Positions 41,201-53,200 of a DNA stretch of 64,000 nt are shown here, piece after piece. This DNA comes from Phoronis australis (taxonomy: Eukaryota > Animalia > Phoronida). The notes under the pieces were generated by a model. That model was not told the origin of the DNA. It made no database searches and saw only the letters and a program-made list of their open reading frames with translations. The position numbers and the translations under genes are program-made. Position 1 is the stretch's first letter, and every line of letters begins with the position of its first letter. Location: NCBI GenBank assembly GCA_002633005.1, contig NMRA01000087.1, positions 687,393-751,392 of the forward strand, read 5' to 3'.

Positions 41201-44200
41201 TGTCTGTCTGTTTTTGATTCTGTTACAGCCAGTTTGTGAACTTCCGTGACTCCAAGTTGACACGCATTCTTCAGAACTCTCTCGGTGGCAACTCCAAGAC
41301 GGCTATTATCTGCACAGTCACTCCAGCATCCATAGACGACACTCTGTCTACACTGAAGGTTTGTGACCTATCCCGATAATTTCAAATTATGACTACAGAT
41401 GCCTGTTGCAAAACTCTTTGCAGTGGCACTTACTTTCGTAAGCAGACGTCCTGGGTGACACAAATGCCATATGTCTTCTTTTTCTGTAAATGAGCTCAGT
41501 ATTCTCTGTTCTGAATGTGTTGTGGAGTGACTTGTTTTTTTCTGTTTGGGTGTTATACATAGCAGGGGCGGATCCAGTATTTTGAGTTAGGGGGGCCAGG
41601 GCAGAGTATTAGCCAGGATTTTGCCGTCTGACATTCGCACCCCCGTACTGCCAAATGGAATCTGGGAGAATTTTAGGGAGGCCATGGCCCCCTTGGCCCC
41701 CTCTAAATCCGCCACTGCATAGTATTAAAGGAAATAGTCCTCCTATCATTATTACTCACATTACTCTGCCCTGTGTGGGAGTTAAAAGAAGTCTGATGTC
41801 TCTTGTGATGCATCAGATGTGCGCAGGTCTCAAGGTTAGGCCCATTGCACGAAATACCTGAGCTAAAATTCACAAGAACCCTGTTATTGATCAACAAATT
41901 CTTTGTGATAGAAGTTTTCGAGTGTTCCTGTCTATTTTAAGAAAATTGACAGACTTTTTTGTTGCTATGCAATATATGTTGGAGGCATCTAATGGTGCCA
42001 TCCAGTTGCTTGCTCTTGAGCCTATAAAGAACTAGGAAAGACTCTAACAGGCATTTAGGCCACCCATATCCCCAGTGATGTGTCTGCGTCGGGCTAGGTT
42101 ACAGTGACCTGTTAAAATTTGAATGTCTTGTGCCCAATCTGTCTAGACCCAAAGAGTTTTCTGAACCTTTTGGTTTGATCACATTGGAAGAGTGTGAGAG
42201 TGATATGTAGTAGGTATCACTACTGTTCAAATTCCTTTTCACATTCCTCTGTTCTGTGTAAGAGTTATACATAGTAGGGAGATAACCGTGCTATCACCAT
42301 CGTTCATGTTGCTTTGTTCTTTCAGTTTGCCAGTCGTGCGAAGACAATCACCAATAAACCTAAAGTCAATGAGGTCCTGTCAGATGAAGCCCTGCTCAGA
42401 CGTTATCGCAAGGAGTTGAACGATTTGAAGAAAAAATTGGAATCCGTAAGCTCTCTTTTAATAAATCTTAAATTTATTGAGGCAAACTATTCTGCAAATT
42501 TTGGCAAGGCAGAACTCAAACTCATTCCTTTGAGCGCCATCAAGTCTCAGAGAACTGTGGCAATGTTTGGCAAGTAAATTGTCCAGCCCCTCTAGATTAT
42601 AGGCAAACCAAAACAGAAGACATTTTAGGCAATAGTTAATTAACTGTTTTAAAAAATTGTCTTCTACACTCGGCATAAAGTCTCCACAGAAATCCCAGCA
42701 AAAACTGATGTGTGTGTCCAAACAAACTAGAAATCCATCCATTGTGGTATGGTTTTCTAAATATGCTTTTTAGGTCACAATGTATTATTTTCGTTTAACA
42801 TCTTTCCTCATCAGAGTGGCGTGATTGAAGAGCAGAAGGAACGTGAGAACTTGCAGCTCCGCCTGGAGGAGAAAGAGAAGTCTGAACAAGAACTACAGGA
42901 CAAGATTGACATGTTGATGAAGTTAATCTGTGTCTCAAGCGTGCCCAATGAGCCGCAGGAGAAACCTAAGGTAAGGAGTTCTGGCGGTTTGAAAAATGGA
43001 TTTTCACTGTAGCTGTTACTGCAGTTAGAAATGTTGCATTTTTTGTTGAACGGAAAATCTAACTTTTGGCCCGGTACTATTGGTTCCACAGCAAAAAGAT
43101 GCTTCCAGTTAATTTTAGTACCAGTTTCAGCCCTCAAAGTTTTAAGTGTTTTCTAAAATATTTTGTTGTGGAGTAACTTATTGGTTCATCTTTTATACCT
43201 TTAAGAACCAACATTAAGCAACCAGAATGCCCTGTTGGGTCATTCTAAGCAATCAGATGGAACACATATTGAAATCTTCATGTCAAACATATTCTAGTTA
43301 TTTCAATATTTGGCAATTAAAAGCACTCAGATACCTAGGTTTGCTATGTGCTTTGTGCATTTGCATATTAATTTTGGTTTTATCAAAAATAAATTGTGCA
43401 AAATTTTGCCTTCACGATTGAATTTTAAGATGAACGTACCAACAGTAAAAAATATGTGCATCAAAAGCCAGAGATGAAAAGGTGCCCGAGGTTGGCGAAA
43501 AAATTTCATTTATTACGACAATACCATATTGCCATGTCTTGCCATGCCCATGGGCCTATATCAGAAATAATGCCTTTTTATTTTTCGTGGCCATTTTGTA
43601 CCCAAGTGGTTCACATACTGGCACATGCGCCTAAGTTTCACATATAAGCCCAAGTAATGCATATAGGCGCACCTGCTTTCTTTTCAAAAATTGACTTGCT
43701 TTTCATGAACAACATTTTATTTGAAATATACAACTTATAGGTCTTTATATCTTAAATTCGTTAATGACTGTAATAAATCTGTCCAACGTGGGTAAAACCA
43801 GTGTTGGCCTTATATCTGAAATACTGCCTTTTTGCTGGCTTAGTGGTTCGCGTGCAGACACCTATAAGCCTAATGGCGCTGCATTATGGTATAACTACAA
43901 AGAATAGGGATGGAAATACAATACAATATGTAGAAAATAATAAATAATATCTAGTAAAGATGTGCAATAAAAGGCGCTTGCTTTTGTATTTATATACTGT
44001 CCTCATGAATGACCTTATTTCGCCCTCTGTATGATCATAAAGGACACACAACTGACTATTGTGCGACAAATATACAGTTGCAGGCACTGCCAAAAATGGC
44101 AGACAAATCCTAAAAAGCATACGAATGGCAGACAATTAAATGCAATATATGTTTTTCAGAAAAAGCTGCGCCGTGAGACCTGGTGCCCGGGCAATGCACT

Positions 44201-47200
44201 CTCTCGTAACCCCCTGTCCTCAGCACATTCCCTGGAGTTGGAACTACAGACTACGAGTAGTTGCTTAATGCCTCCACCAATGAACACAATTGCAGAGAGG
44301 TCGTTTTCTTGCTCATCCAGTTTTTCCATGAAACGGAAATCGTCTTCGAGCTCAGAGTCCCATCTTTCTGACAGCGGTTTGTACTATTTTTTATTGTATC
44401 CCTTTTATTGTAGTGTTCTATTGCATTTTTCAAATCTTGGAAAATTTCCCTGAAGACAAATTAAAATCTCTGGAATCAACGTAAAATTCGTAAAAATGTC
44501 ACAATTTTTTGCATGTTCACTCTGTTCCACAGCCTTTGCACCAATCCAGGAAGATTTCCTGGTCGAACTAGAAGCTGCTGAGGACGTTCAACGTATTGCA
44601 GATGGCTCGCTTGAGAAAAGGAAGAAAAGACGGGTTGTCCACTTTGATGACTCACCCATTGACATGACGTTTCTTGGCTCTGACGTTGCCTGTCAGACTG
44701 AGGTGTGTGATGATGTTTCGTTAATGAAGGTGGAGGCTGTAAAGGGTTGACTTGTAGAAAAAACTAACGACCCACCAATAATAAATACATATAATGAGGT
44801 TACTAAGTGTCTTTACACATGTAGTAGTACTCGTGCTAGGGTGTAGGTAAAATGTTTGTGGGAATGAGATTGGGAAATGCAATGCTCTGCTTTTTATATC
44901 AGAACAAAACTTTGCAAATGGTATTAATTCACATTAATCTCACTTGGTGACCACATTTATGGACGGAAGAAGAGTGTGCCTATAAAAATTCAAATTACGA
45001 GAGTCTTAGCTACAACTGACCGCTTGGCCAACAATAAAATGGACCCCTTGTCATTAGGTCGCGTCTGTATCTGGCAATGCGGCTTGGTAACTGAATTTTA
45101 TTTGCATTTCTCTTTCTATTGTTACCATCATGTTATCAGAGGATCATATCCACCACCTTGTCGGAAGCTGTTTTCTCAAAAAGAGACTTTTCAGTTGGGG
45201 TTGTACCATTTACTGTAGATAAATGAAGCAACTGTGTATGAGGACAAGGATATGGAAATTCAGATGTTGATTAAGACGTTGAACGAGACCAATGAGGAGC
45301 TGGCAGAAAAGACGCGTCTGCTTGAGGAGGCGGGGCCAAGTCAAGAACAGACGATCGCACAACTCACCAAGCGCAATGCTGAGTTGGAAGCTGTGGTGGC
45401 TGAAAACAAGATGGCTGAAAACAAGATGGTTGAAAACAAGATGGCTGACAGCAGGTGGGTCAAGGAGTGCAGTTCTGGCTTGGTAAACATGCATTGCAGC
45501 CTCTTTGATTTCTTTAAAAGCCTAGTTTATATTTCACAAGCCTAGATTTGACCCACATGTTGGACATGCATGCACTTTCCAGTCTAACGGATGGTAATTA
45601 TCAATATTTCAGCTGTCAATGCAAAGATCTTCAACTCGAGGTGGACACTTTGAAAGACTTGAACCATGATCTGGAGGAGAGGTTCTCCCAGATGTTTGAC
45701 GACTGTGAGGGGTACAAAGAGGAGGTGCAGGGTCTAACGACCAAATTGAGGAATTCCGAGGCCAAAGTGTCACAGCTACGGTCTGAACTAGAAGAGAAGT
45801 GTCAGTCGGGAGATACCAACGACGTTGAAATGCTACAAGGACTCATAGAAACTTTACATGACAAGGTGTCTGCGTATGAGACTGAGGTTGCCGTCTTGAA
45901 AGAATCACTGATTAGCAATGACAGCACCAAATCTCAGGAAGCCTCAACAAGTGAGTTGCAGAAAGAAATCGTGTCTCTCAATATGAAGATTGAAGAGCAA
46001 AAACTGGAGATTGAGTCCCTTCACGAAGTTAACACCCACTTGGAGAGTATGAGAATACCCGAGGGTGGCAACAAAGAGGAAGGAGAGACAGAAGATTTGA
46101 AACTGGAGATTGAGGCACTGCGTGAACTTGTGGGCGAATATGAGAAACAGCTAGACAGGAAGTTGTCACCTGAACCTGATAGCGATTCACTGCTGGAGAA
46201 GGCAAGGCTTGATTTGGAAACTAAAATGTCACATGTTACATATTTTAATTGGAATATGCATTTGTTCATCCTCAAGATAAAATGTTATTGATTTTAAAAT
46301 AAGATAATAATGACAGAACCATCTTTTAAAATCTTTTGTCTGGAATTTTTTTATTGTTTTCATTATGACGAGTTATAGTTCCTAATTATACACTTTGGAC
46401 TAAATGTAGTTTATTTATGGATTACCTCTTCTGTTAGATTCATCCCTGCAAACATGATTTATTCCGGTACAAAATTTTAACTTATGACCCAAGTTGTTTG
46501 ATGATGTACACGGCATTGTCAATAAGAATAGGTAATTCATTTTTTACTTTTATCAAAAGAATATTCAAATCTCTTGCTCTTTCTGATGAGTGTGTTTCAA
46601 ATTAATATTGAAATGATTTGGGTGACTTTTCATACACCTACAGGCACGTAACCTGGAGACCGAGTTATTGACCACTGTCCAGTTGTGTGAGCAGATCTCT
46701 TCAGAGAAAACCAAGTTGGAAGAGGAGGTGTTAGGACTTCGACAGGACAACGTTAACTTGTAAGTGGAAAGATGTCGGAAATATTTGTGTTAACGCCGAG
46801 GGAGTGAAAATAAGCCTGAAACTGTGTGAGGAGTAGCCTACCGCACACGGGCATTGTAATAATAAAACTTCAAGAAATCAAAAGCGAGCTCATTTAAACC
46901 AAATATGTAGAGCTTGCATGGGTAATGGGACTGGGACTATGTTCACGGTATCTTAAAAATTGTTCACTATTATCGTCATTTTCATGCAAATGCAAAATGC
47001 CCACCTTTTTTCTTCCCCATTTCCCTGAAAGTGTAGAAAGATGTTTATATTTCTATGGGAAAGTTTTGTATAAACAATGCGTTGAACTATCTCAGCTGTT
47101 ATGGATATTCTCATCGATTAACAATTGGGATATTATAATTCTTGGCTGTTTAGTATTACTTTAAGGACGTAATAAAGTAACAAATGTAACCCTTAATTTT

Positions 47201-50200
47201 GTTCTTTACATTGTCGTTTTATGTCATCAGCAGTGCCCACTTGCAGTATGTCTCTTGTCCCTCCCTCCCCAAACCATAGGCATTGTACACGCATGAAAAT
47301 GGTCGCAACATAAGGCTACTTTGCACATTGGTGATAAATCTTGTATTTTTGATTACACTGGCCTATGATCTAGACCACCAAACAGTAACTCTAGTCACAT
47401 TGCAGGCTTCCTGTAATTTGAAGGCTTTCATCTGCTGCTGTTGCTTTTCAGGTGCATTGTAGGATAGTTGTGAACTTGTAAACATCGAGTAACATCACAT
47501 AACTTGTTGACGTGTATTGTTATTAACAATTGTGTTTTAATTGATCAAATTTAACTTCAGCACTTAATGGATGAAGCTTGCCTTGAGAATCTTTTACATG
47601 AAAGATTTGCATTTTGAAACTCGCTTCAATCTTATATTTTTCTATGATGGTTTCTCTGTTGCACCTACACCAAAATGTATGTACAGTGAATTTGTGCTTT
47701 CAATTGTGGTGCGCTCAAGTGATAAGTTGCATTCTTTGTCACACGTCATCACGTTATCCGTGATGTCTCTGGATGTTTACAAGTTGACCTCTTCCCACAA
47801 TGCATTTGAAAAACGACAGTCGCTTTGCTAGAGAAAATCCTCCAAATTTCATACCAATTTGACTACAGGTATTCAGTTTTTGAGCCTAGTCTTGGTCAAC
47901 ATTTGGTGGTTAAGCAAGACATTCACTGTGCCCTGTACTGTGAACGGAATACATGAATACTGGGTAGTATTCAATGGGTTGTTTTTGCTCTGCCAAATGC
48001 ACTAATGCCTTACTTATAGCTTCTCTCCAGTTTTGTTCGGTTGCATTGATCTACTATTTGTATTTACTGTTGTCAGGAAAGCCAAGTGTGAAGACTTAAA
48101 GGAACAGAATGAGAAGAAAGCAGCTGAACTTCGTGAGCTGCATGAGTTCACGGCATTTGAAGCAGGACTTCAAGATCTAGAGGTCAGATCTACAAACCAA
48201 TGTTTCAGTTTTAATTTGATTGTGTTTTTTGCATTTGCCTGTTGGTCAAGCTTAACCTTGTGCAACATAAGGTCAGAATATAGAGTTGTTGACAGTGTTC
48301 AAAATTGAATGCCTTTTTTGACAGTGGCACAGTTTGTTATACAGTGGGCACAAAATTTGATGTATGGTTCTGTTGATCAAAATTTAAAATCTCATACGTC
48401 ATCATAATTACATGTGCTTGTTATGGAAAAAACTTTTGTTGGACATTGAAAGTGAATGCAGAAATGAGATTCGTGAAACTGGTTATTGGACCTACTATGT
48501 TACTGTTGCTGCATGTACAGTTAATAAGAACCAAGAGAGTAACAGTTAGAGCTGGCTTTCTTCTTCTAAAATAGCATTTCAGTTGAACCTGCTTGATATC
48601 ATATCCTCAGTTTTGACGTAAATTATGATGATGTGCAAGCAGTTCCATTAAGCGGGTTTGGACTTGGTGGTGATCAGAACCACTCTTATAAGCTAATCGT
48701 GCTATGTGGATAGCCTCGGAGTAAGACAGGTAAACAGGAAATGAATTTAAGATGAATTAAGTTAGTCTTTAGTCAGAAAAATGAAGATAAACTTGCTCAT
48801 AAGTGTGTGAAAATTAATTTTGCAGTTTTTAATGACAGTAGCCAGGAATATGATTGATGAATCATTGCATTATTTTACGTGGATTTAATGGGAAATGATT
48901 CGTTTTTGATATTTCGTGACTATAACTGGGATATCCTATTACCTGATATGCATTAAGTAGGCTCCACTGTGCTTTTCCTATAGGTTCAGTTCCAAGATGA
49001 AATCAGCGGCCTGAAGAAACAACTTGAAGCTACGCAGAAAGAACTTGAAGTGGCTAAACAGGGGAAGAGTACCATTGATGTGTTGGATGGGGTAGGTTGG
49101 ATATAACTACATTGCTATTCTCTCTGTTTAATACTCACTGTAAAATTGGGGTTTTAGTTTGCGTTTTTTTATTTAGACGTTTTGTCCTGCCAAGTCAGTG
49201 CTGAGAAACATCTTTTTTGTACATCACACAACAATTTTTATCTCCTTCAGATAATCAATAATTTTTTGCAAAAACACCAAATTTTTGATACAGGTAAAAT
49301 TAACTTGTTTAAACTTTTTGTAAAATTACTAGCTGTACACCATGTTTCAATTGTTTGTTTAACACAGCATGTGCCTGTAAATGATACTTCGTCTCAAACA
49401 AGCGTGGTTAGTTGGTAGTGGATTTACATTTTCATGCTGAGATCTTGTTTATGTTTTAGTCCTCTGATGAAGAGCTTCGTCAGAAGATGGCATCTCTAAA
49501 GAAGAGCGAGTCGGACGCTGAGAATGTACTTTTGGACGTAAATCGTACGCTGGCAGAGAAATTGGACGAGATCGCAGCTCTGAAGCAGACAATTGTAAGT
49601 ACATCCTATACTTAAGTGACCTTTTTTACGGACAATGTTGGTCAGATTGACCCCTCAAGACCTGTTTTACCTCAGAGTAAAAAATCTAAATTATTTGATG
49701 CAGTGTGATCAAGAGGTGAAGATGAAGAAGTTGGAACAGAGCCAGGCAGACTTTGACTCATACCTGGAGATGGAGAGGGCAAACCGTCGACGGACGGAGG
49801 CAGACCTGCGCAGCCAGCTACAGACCACTTACCAAGAGAACACGGAGCTACAGGCACAGTTGGACGTCGACAGCAGTCAGAGAGAGGCTCAGCTGCATAC
49901 TGAAGTGAAGACAACGAGGGAGGAGGTTGTGAGGTTAGTGAAGATCCTCATTCAGTGTCAACACATGCATGGGTAAAATTTGAAATGTGTGAATATTCAG
50001 ACTTTGAGATATATTTATCATTTTTAATTTTGTTTGGTTAGGTCATGGCTTAATTCTTTCATTCCTCACCAGTTGTTGGTCATACTGTGTCTCTGTAAAA
50101 CTATCTAGCTGTTTATTCGTTATTTTTATTCATTGTAGCCTTTCTGAAAAGTTGCAGCAAGCACAGGTTGACTTAGAAGAAGCCGTGGATGGGGTATGGT

Positions 50201-53200
50201 TGATTTCATGATAAATTGTCTTCTGTTTGCTTGAGACTTACATTTTAACCATTTTTATAACAGTGCAAAACATAAACAAAAGTGTTCAAAAAAGTATATT
50301 CTTTTACAGACCTGGGGTCTGTTTCATGAATGTTACACTTCACACAGCTATTTCTGAAAAACACTTAACACATTTCGAGAGACGTGCCAAGTTCCTGAGA
50401 AAATACACTAAAATGCTAGTTACTGTGACAATTTTTATTAATCATTTCTAGACTGTGATGCGCACATAATCACTTTGCTAAACATTTGTTCAGAAATTAT
50501 GAAGTGAGAGCATATTTCTGTCTTAAGTCTTGAGTCACTTTCATGAAACTGACCCAAGGATTTATGATAATGTAAATTGTATGTACGCGTTGACCATGAC
50601 AGGAGTTTCTGGATGTTTCTGTCATTGAATTGCGCCATTGTTAAAGCTTCTATTAAATTGTTTCATTGTAATTTAAGGTTATGTAAGTCATTATTGACAT
50701 GTCTGCATTTAACCAAATATGTATAAAACTAAATTTTCACTGAACAAGAGTGGAAAGCCTATAGAGTCAATTCATTTTTAGACTATCCATCATTTATTTG
50801 GTCATGTGACCATGTCTTTTTGGTAAAAGTTAGCAAAAAATAAAGACATATTAATAAGCCAAACAATGATATTAGTAACATGATCAAATTCTATTTGATA
50901 TTAAATGCTCGCGATGAAATCTCAAAAACAATGTTACAGTTTTATAAATGATCATTCATATTTGTTTTACACAATTTTTGATTTTTTCATGAAAATCATA
51001 AACTATAAGTCCTATTTTTATACCCCCTTATGCAAACGTAGAACTTTTTAAAAACAGGTTCTTAACATCGTATCATAGAACAGTGCATAAAGCCTAATAT
51101 CAGAAAGTTTTGTTTCAATCCGATCAAGTTTTTTGAGTTATGATGTTCAACATAACCTTAACAGACAAAAAAAGCAGCAAATAGTGCTGATTTGTGTTGT
51201 TTTTTTTTGCATTGTATTACCGTTTTTTTGTTTGTTTTTTTTTTTTTGAAGTCAAAACTTTATTCTAGCTACGAGTCTCAATCCCCTCCCTCACTAAAAC
51301 ATACACTTTGCACATTTGATAATAACAACAACTGTGGACAGTCCACTAGCTGATAAGGCATGTGTGGGCTGCAGGGCCAGGTTAATGGTTATTTGTGAAT
51401 GCGTGGATGTCTTTGGTCATTCATCTTGTCACTGCTGATCCTCTGTTAAATGCTTGGATGCTTTAAAGAGTCAAAAGTATTCTTCAATACCATATTCCAC
51501 TCAAAATACTTTCAGTGAGTTATCTGACTGCGTTTATATACATTCTGTAGTCAGTCAGTTACATTGTATCATAATCATGCCTTTAAGGTAGGATTTGAAA
51601 TGGGATATGTGTTTAATTTATTTACATTGCCAATGACCAGTATTCGTTTGCAGTCATTGGAAGTCAACGAACAGCTACGCCAGTGTCAGGCAGAGCTTTC
51701 TGCCAAGGATAATGAGGTGGCTGCACTCAAAATGGAAGTGAGGAATCTAAAAGTCATTGTTGAGGAGAATCAGCATGTGGAGACTGCAGCTGTCAATAAA
51801 AGTGTCGCAAAGTCCGTTGACGAAACTCTGGAGTTTGACGTTACAGTGTCCAGCAACATGGCATTCAACTCAGAAGGACAGTCAGAGGTAGAGTTATATA
51901 ATGTGAAATCATGGCAGGTGGCAGCTGTTTTGTACCTGACTTAAAAGAAGGTTGACACTTATGTAACTAACCATGAGTAACTGATATTTGAATGCAGAGA
52001 CTCAGATTGTCTTAAAAAATTATTGCCTATGTCATTCGCCTCGTGTTTGTTGTAGATGTTGCCTCACGAAACCTTGAGCGATCTTTATAGACGTTGGTAT
52101 TGTATACTCACTGTAATTCAAAAATCTCACAACCTCAAAGTTGTTTTGCCTGCAATTGATAGTTTTGAATGTCAACAAGTGATGATGCTGAATTAGTCAA
52201 CCTATGCAAATTATGTATTTTATGGTTTTTGGCTCCGTGATAACTTGCTGCAGTCTTATGTTACACACTGTTTTGTGCAGTGGGCATTTTTACAGAAATA
52301 AATTGATTGATGATGAATGTTGACATTGTTCGTCTATCCTGCATTTAGGTGTATGTCAGTACACTAGTTGTCATATACAACTTTGTATATAACATTTTAG
52401 CTCCAAAAATTATGTCCAAACACCTGTCTTTACACTTTGATTGAACGTATATGAAAGTTTCACTGTAGATTGGACTTAGCATCCTCAATTTCTCCATCCA
52501 GGCTCTTAGTCTACAAGCTGAGCTGCAGGCAGTTCAACTCAACACTGTTGGAGAGAGTGATGATGACAAAGAAAATTCAAAACTCAGTTCCCCAGGTACT
52601 GATCATAAGGTTTAGTTGTGCTGATAGCTATATGAAGACCAGTGGATAGATTTTTGATTAATGCGTTGACAAAAGATGCTAGTCCTTGTAACTTGTGCAT
52701 GCATGGCTGCCAACTGTTACGGATTTATTCGTATTCTACATACTGTCCAGGCAAATCATTACCTATGGACTTTTAAATGTTACAGATTTCGAACATTTAT
52801 TTCCCTTCAAAAATCAAATGAAAATTAAAATATCTTTTAAATTGTCAACATTTTGAAGCACAAGATCGACAAAGATTGAGGCAGGAAGTACCGTAAAATG
52901 ATGGAAATTTTCAAGAACGTAACATCTGACCAATAAGATGTATCCTGAGTACCAGATGTAGAATACAACTCACAATTTACATACAAAATTTCCCTTTTGT
53001 GATTGATCAATTGCAATTATTTGTGAAGGACAGACCAATGAAAAATGCGCTTACTTGGTTTTGCATTGTGGGATATTGTACGCTTTGGAATTTGTGTTAA
53101 GATGTCGAGAGCGAAATTTCGAAGACAAGTATACTGATGCATTAGATTACGTTTAGAAAACGGGGCTGCTTTTAATCCCGCTGTCTTCAGCATTGAGAAC

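Larger units (their letters stand above)
36876..42317 (+). repeat. 2.2-kb near-tandem duplication (36876-39106 and 40079-42317) containing two CENP-E motor exons
   Basis: Copies are colinear with scattered substitutions and small indels; copy 2 starts right after the N at 40078. Confidence 0.95.
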
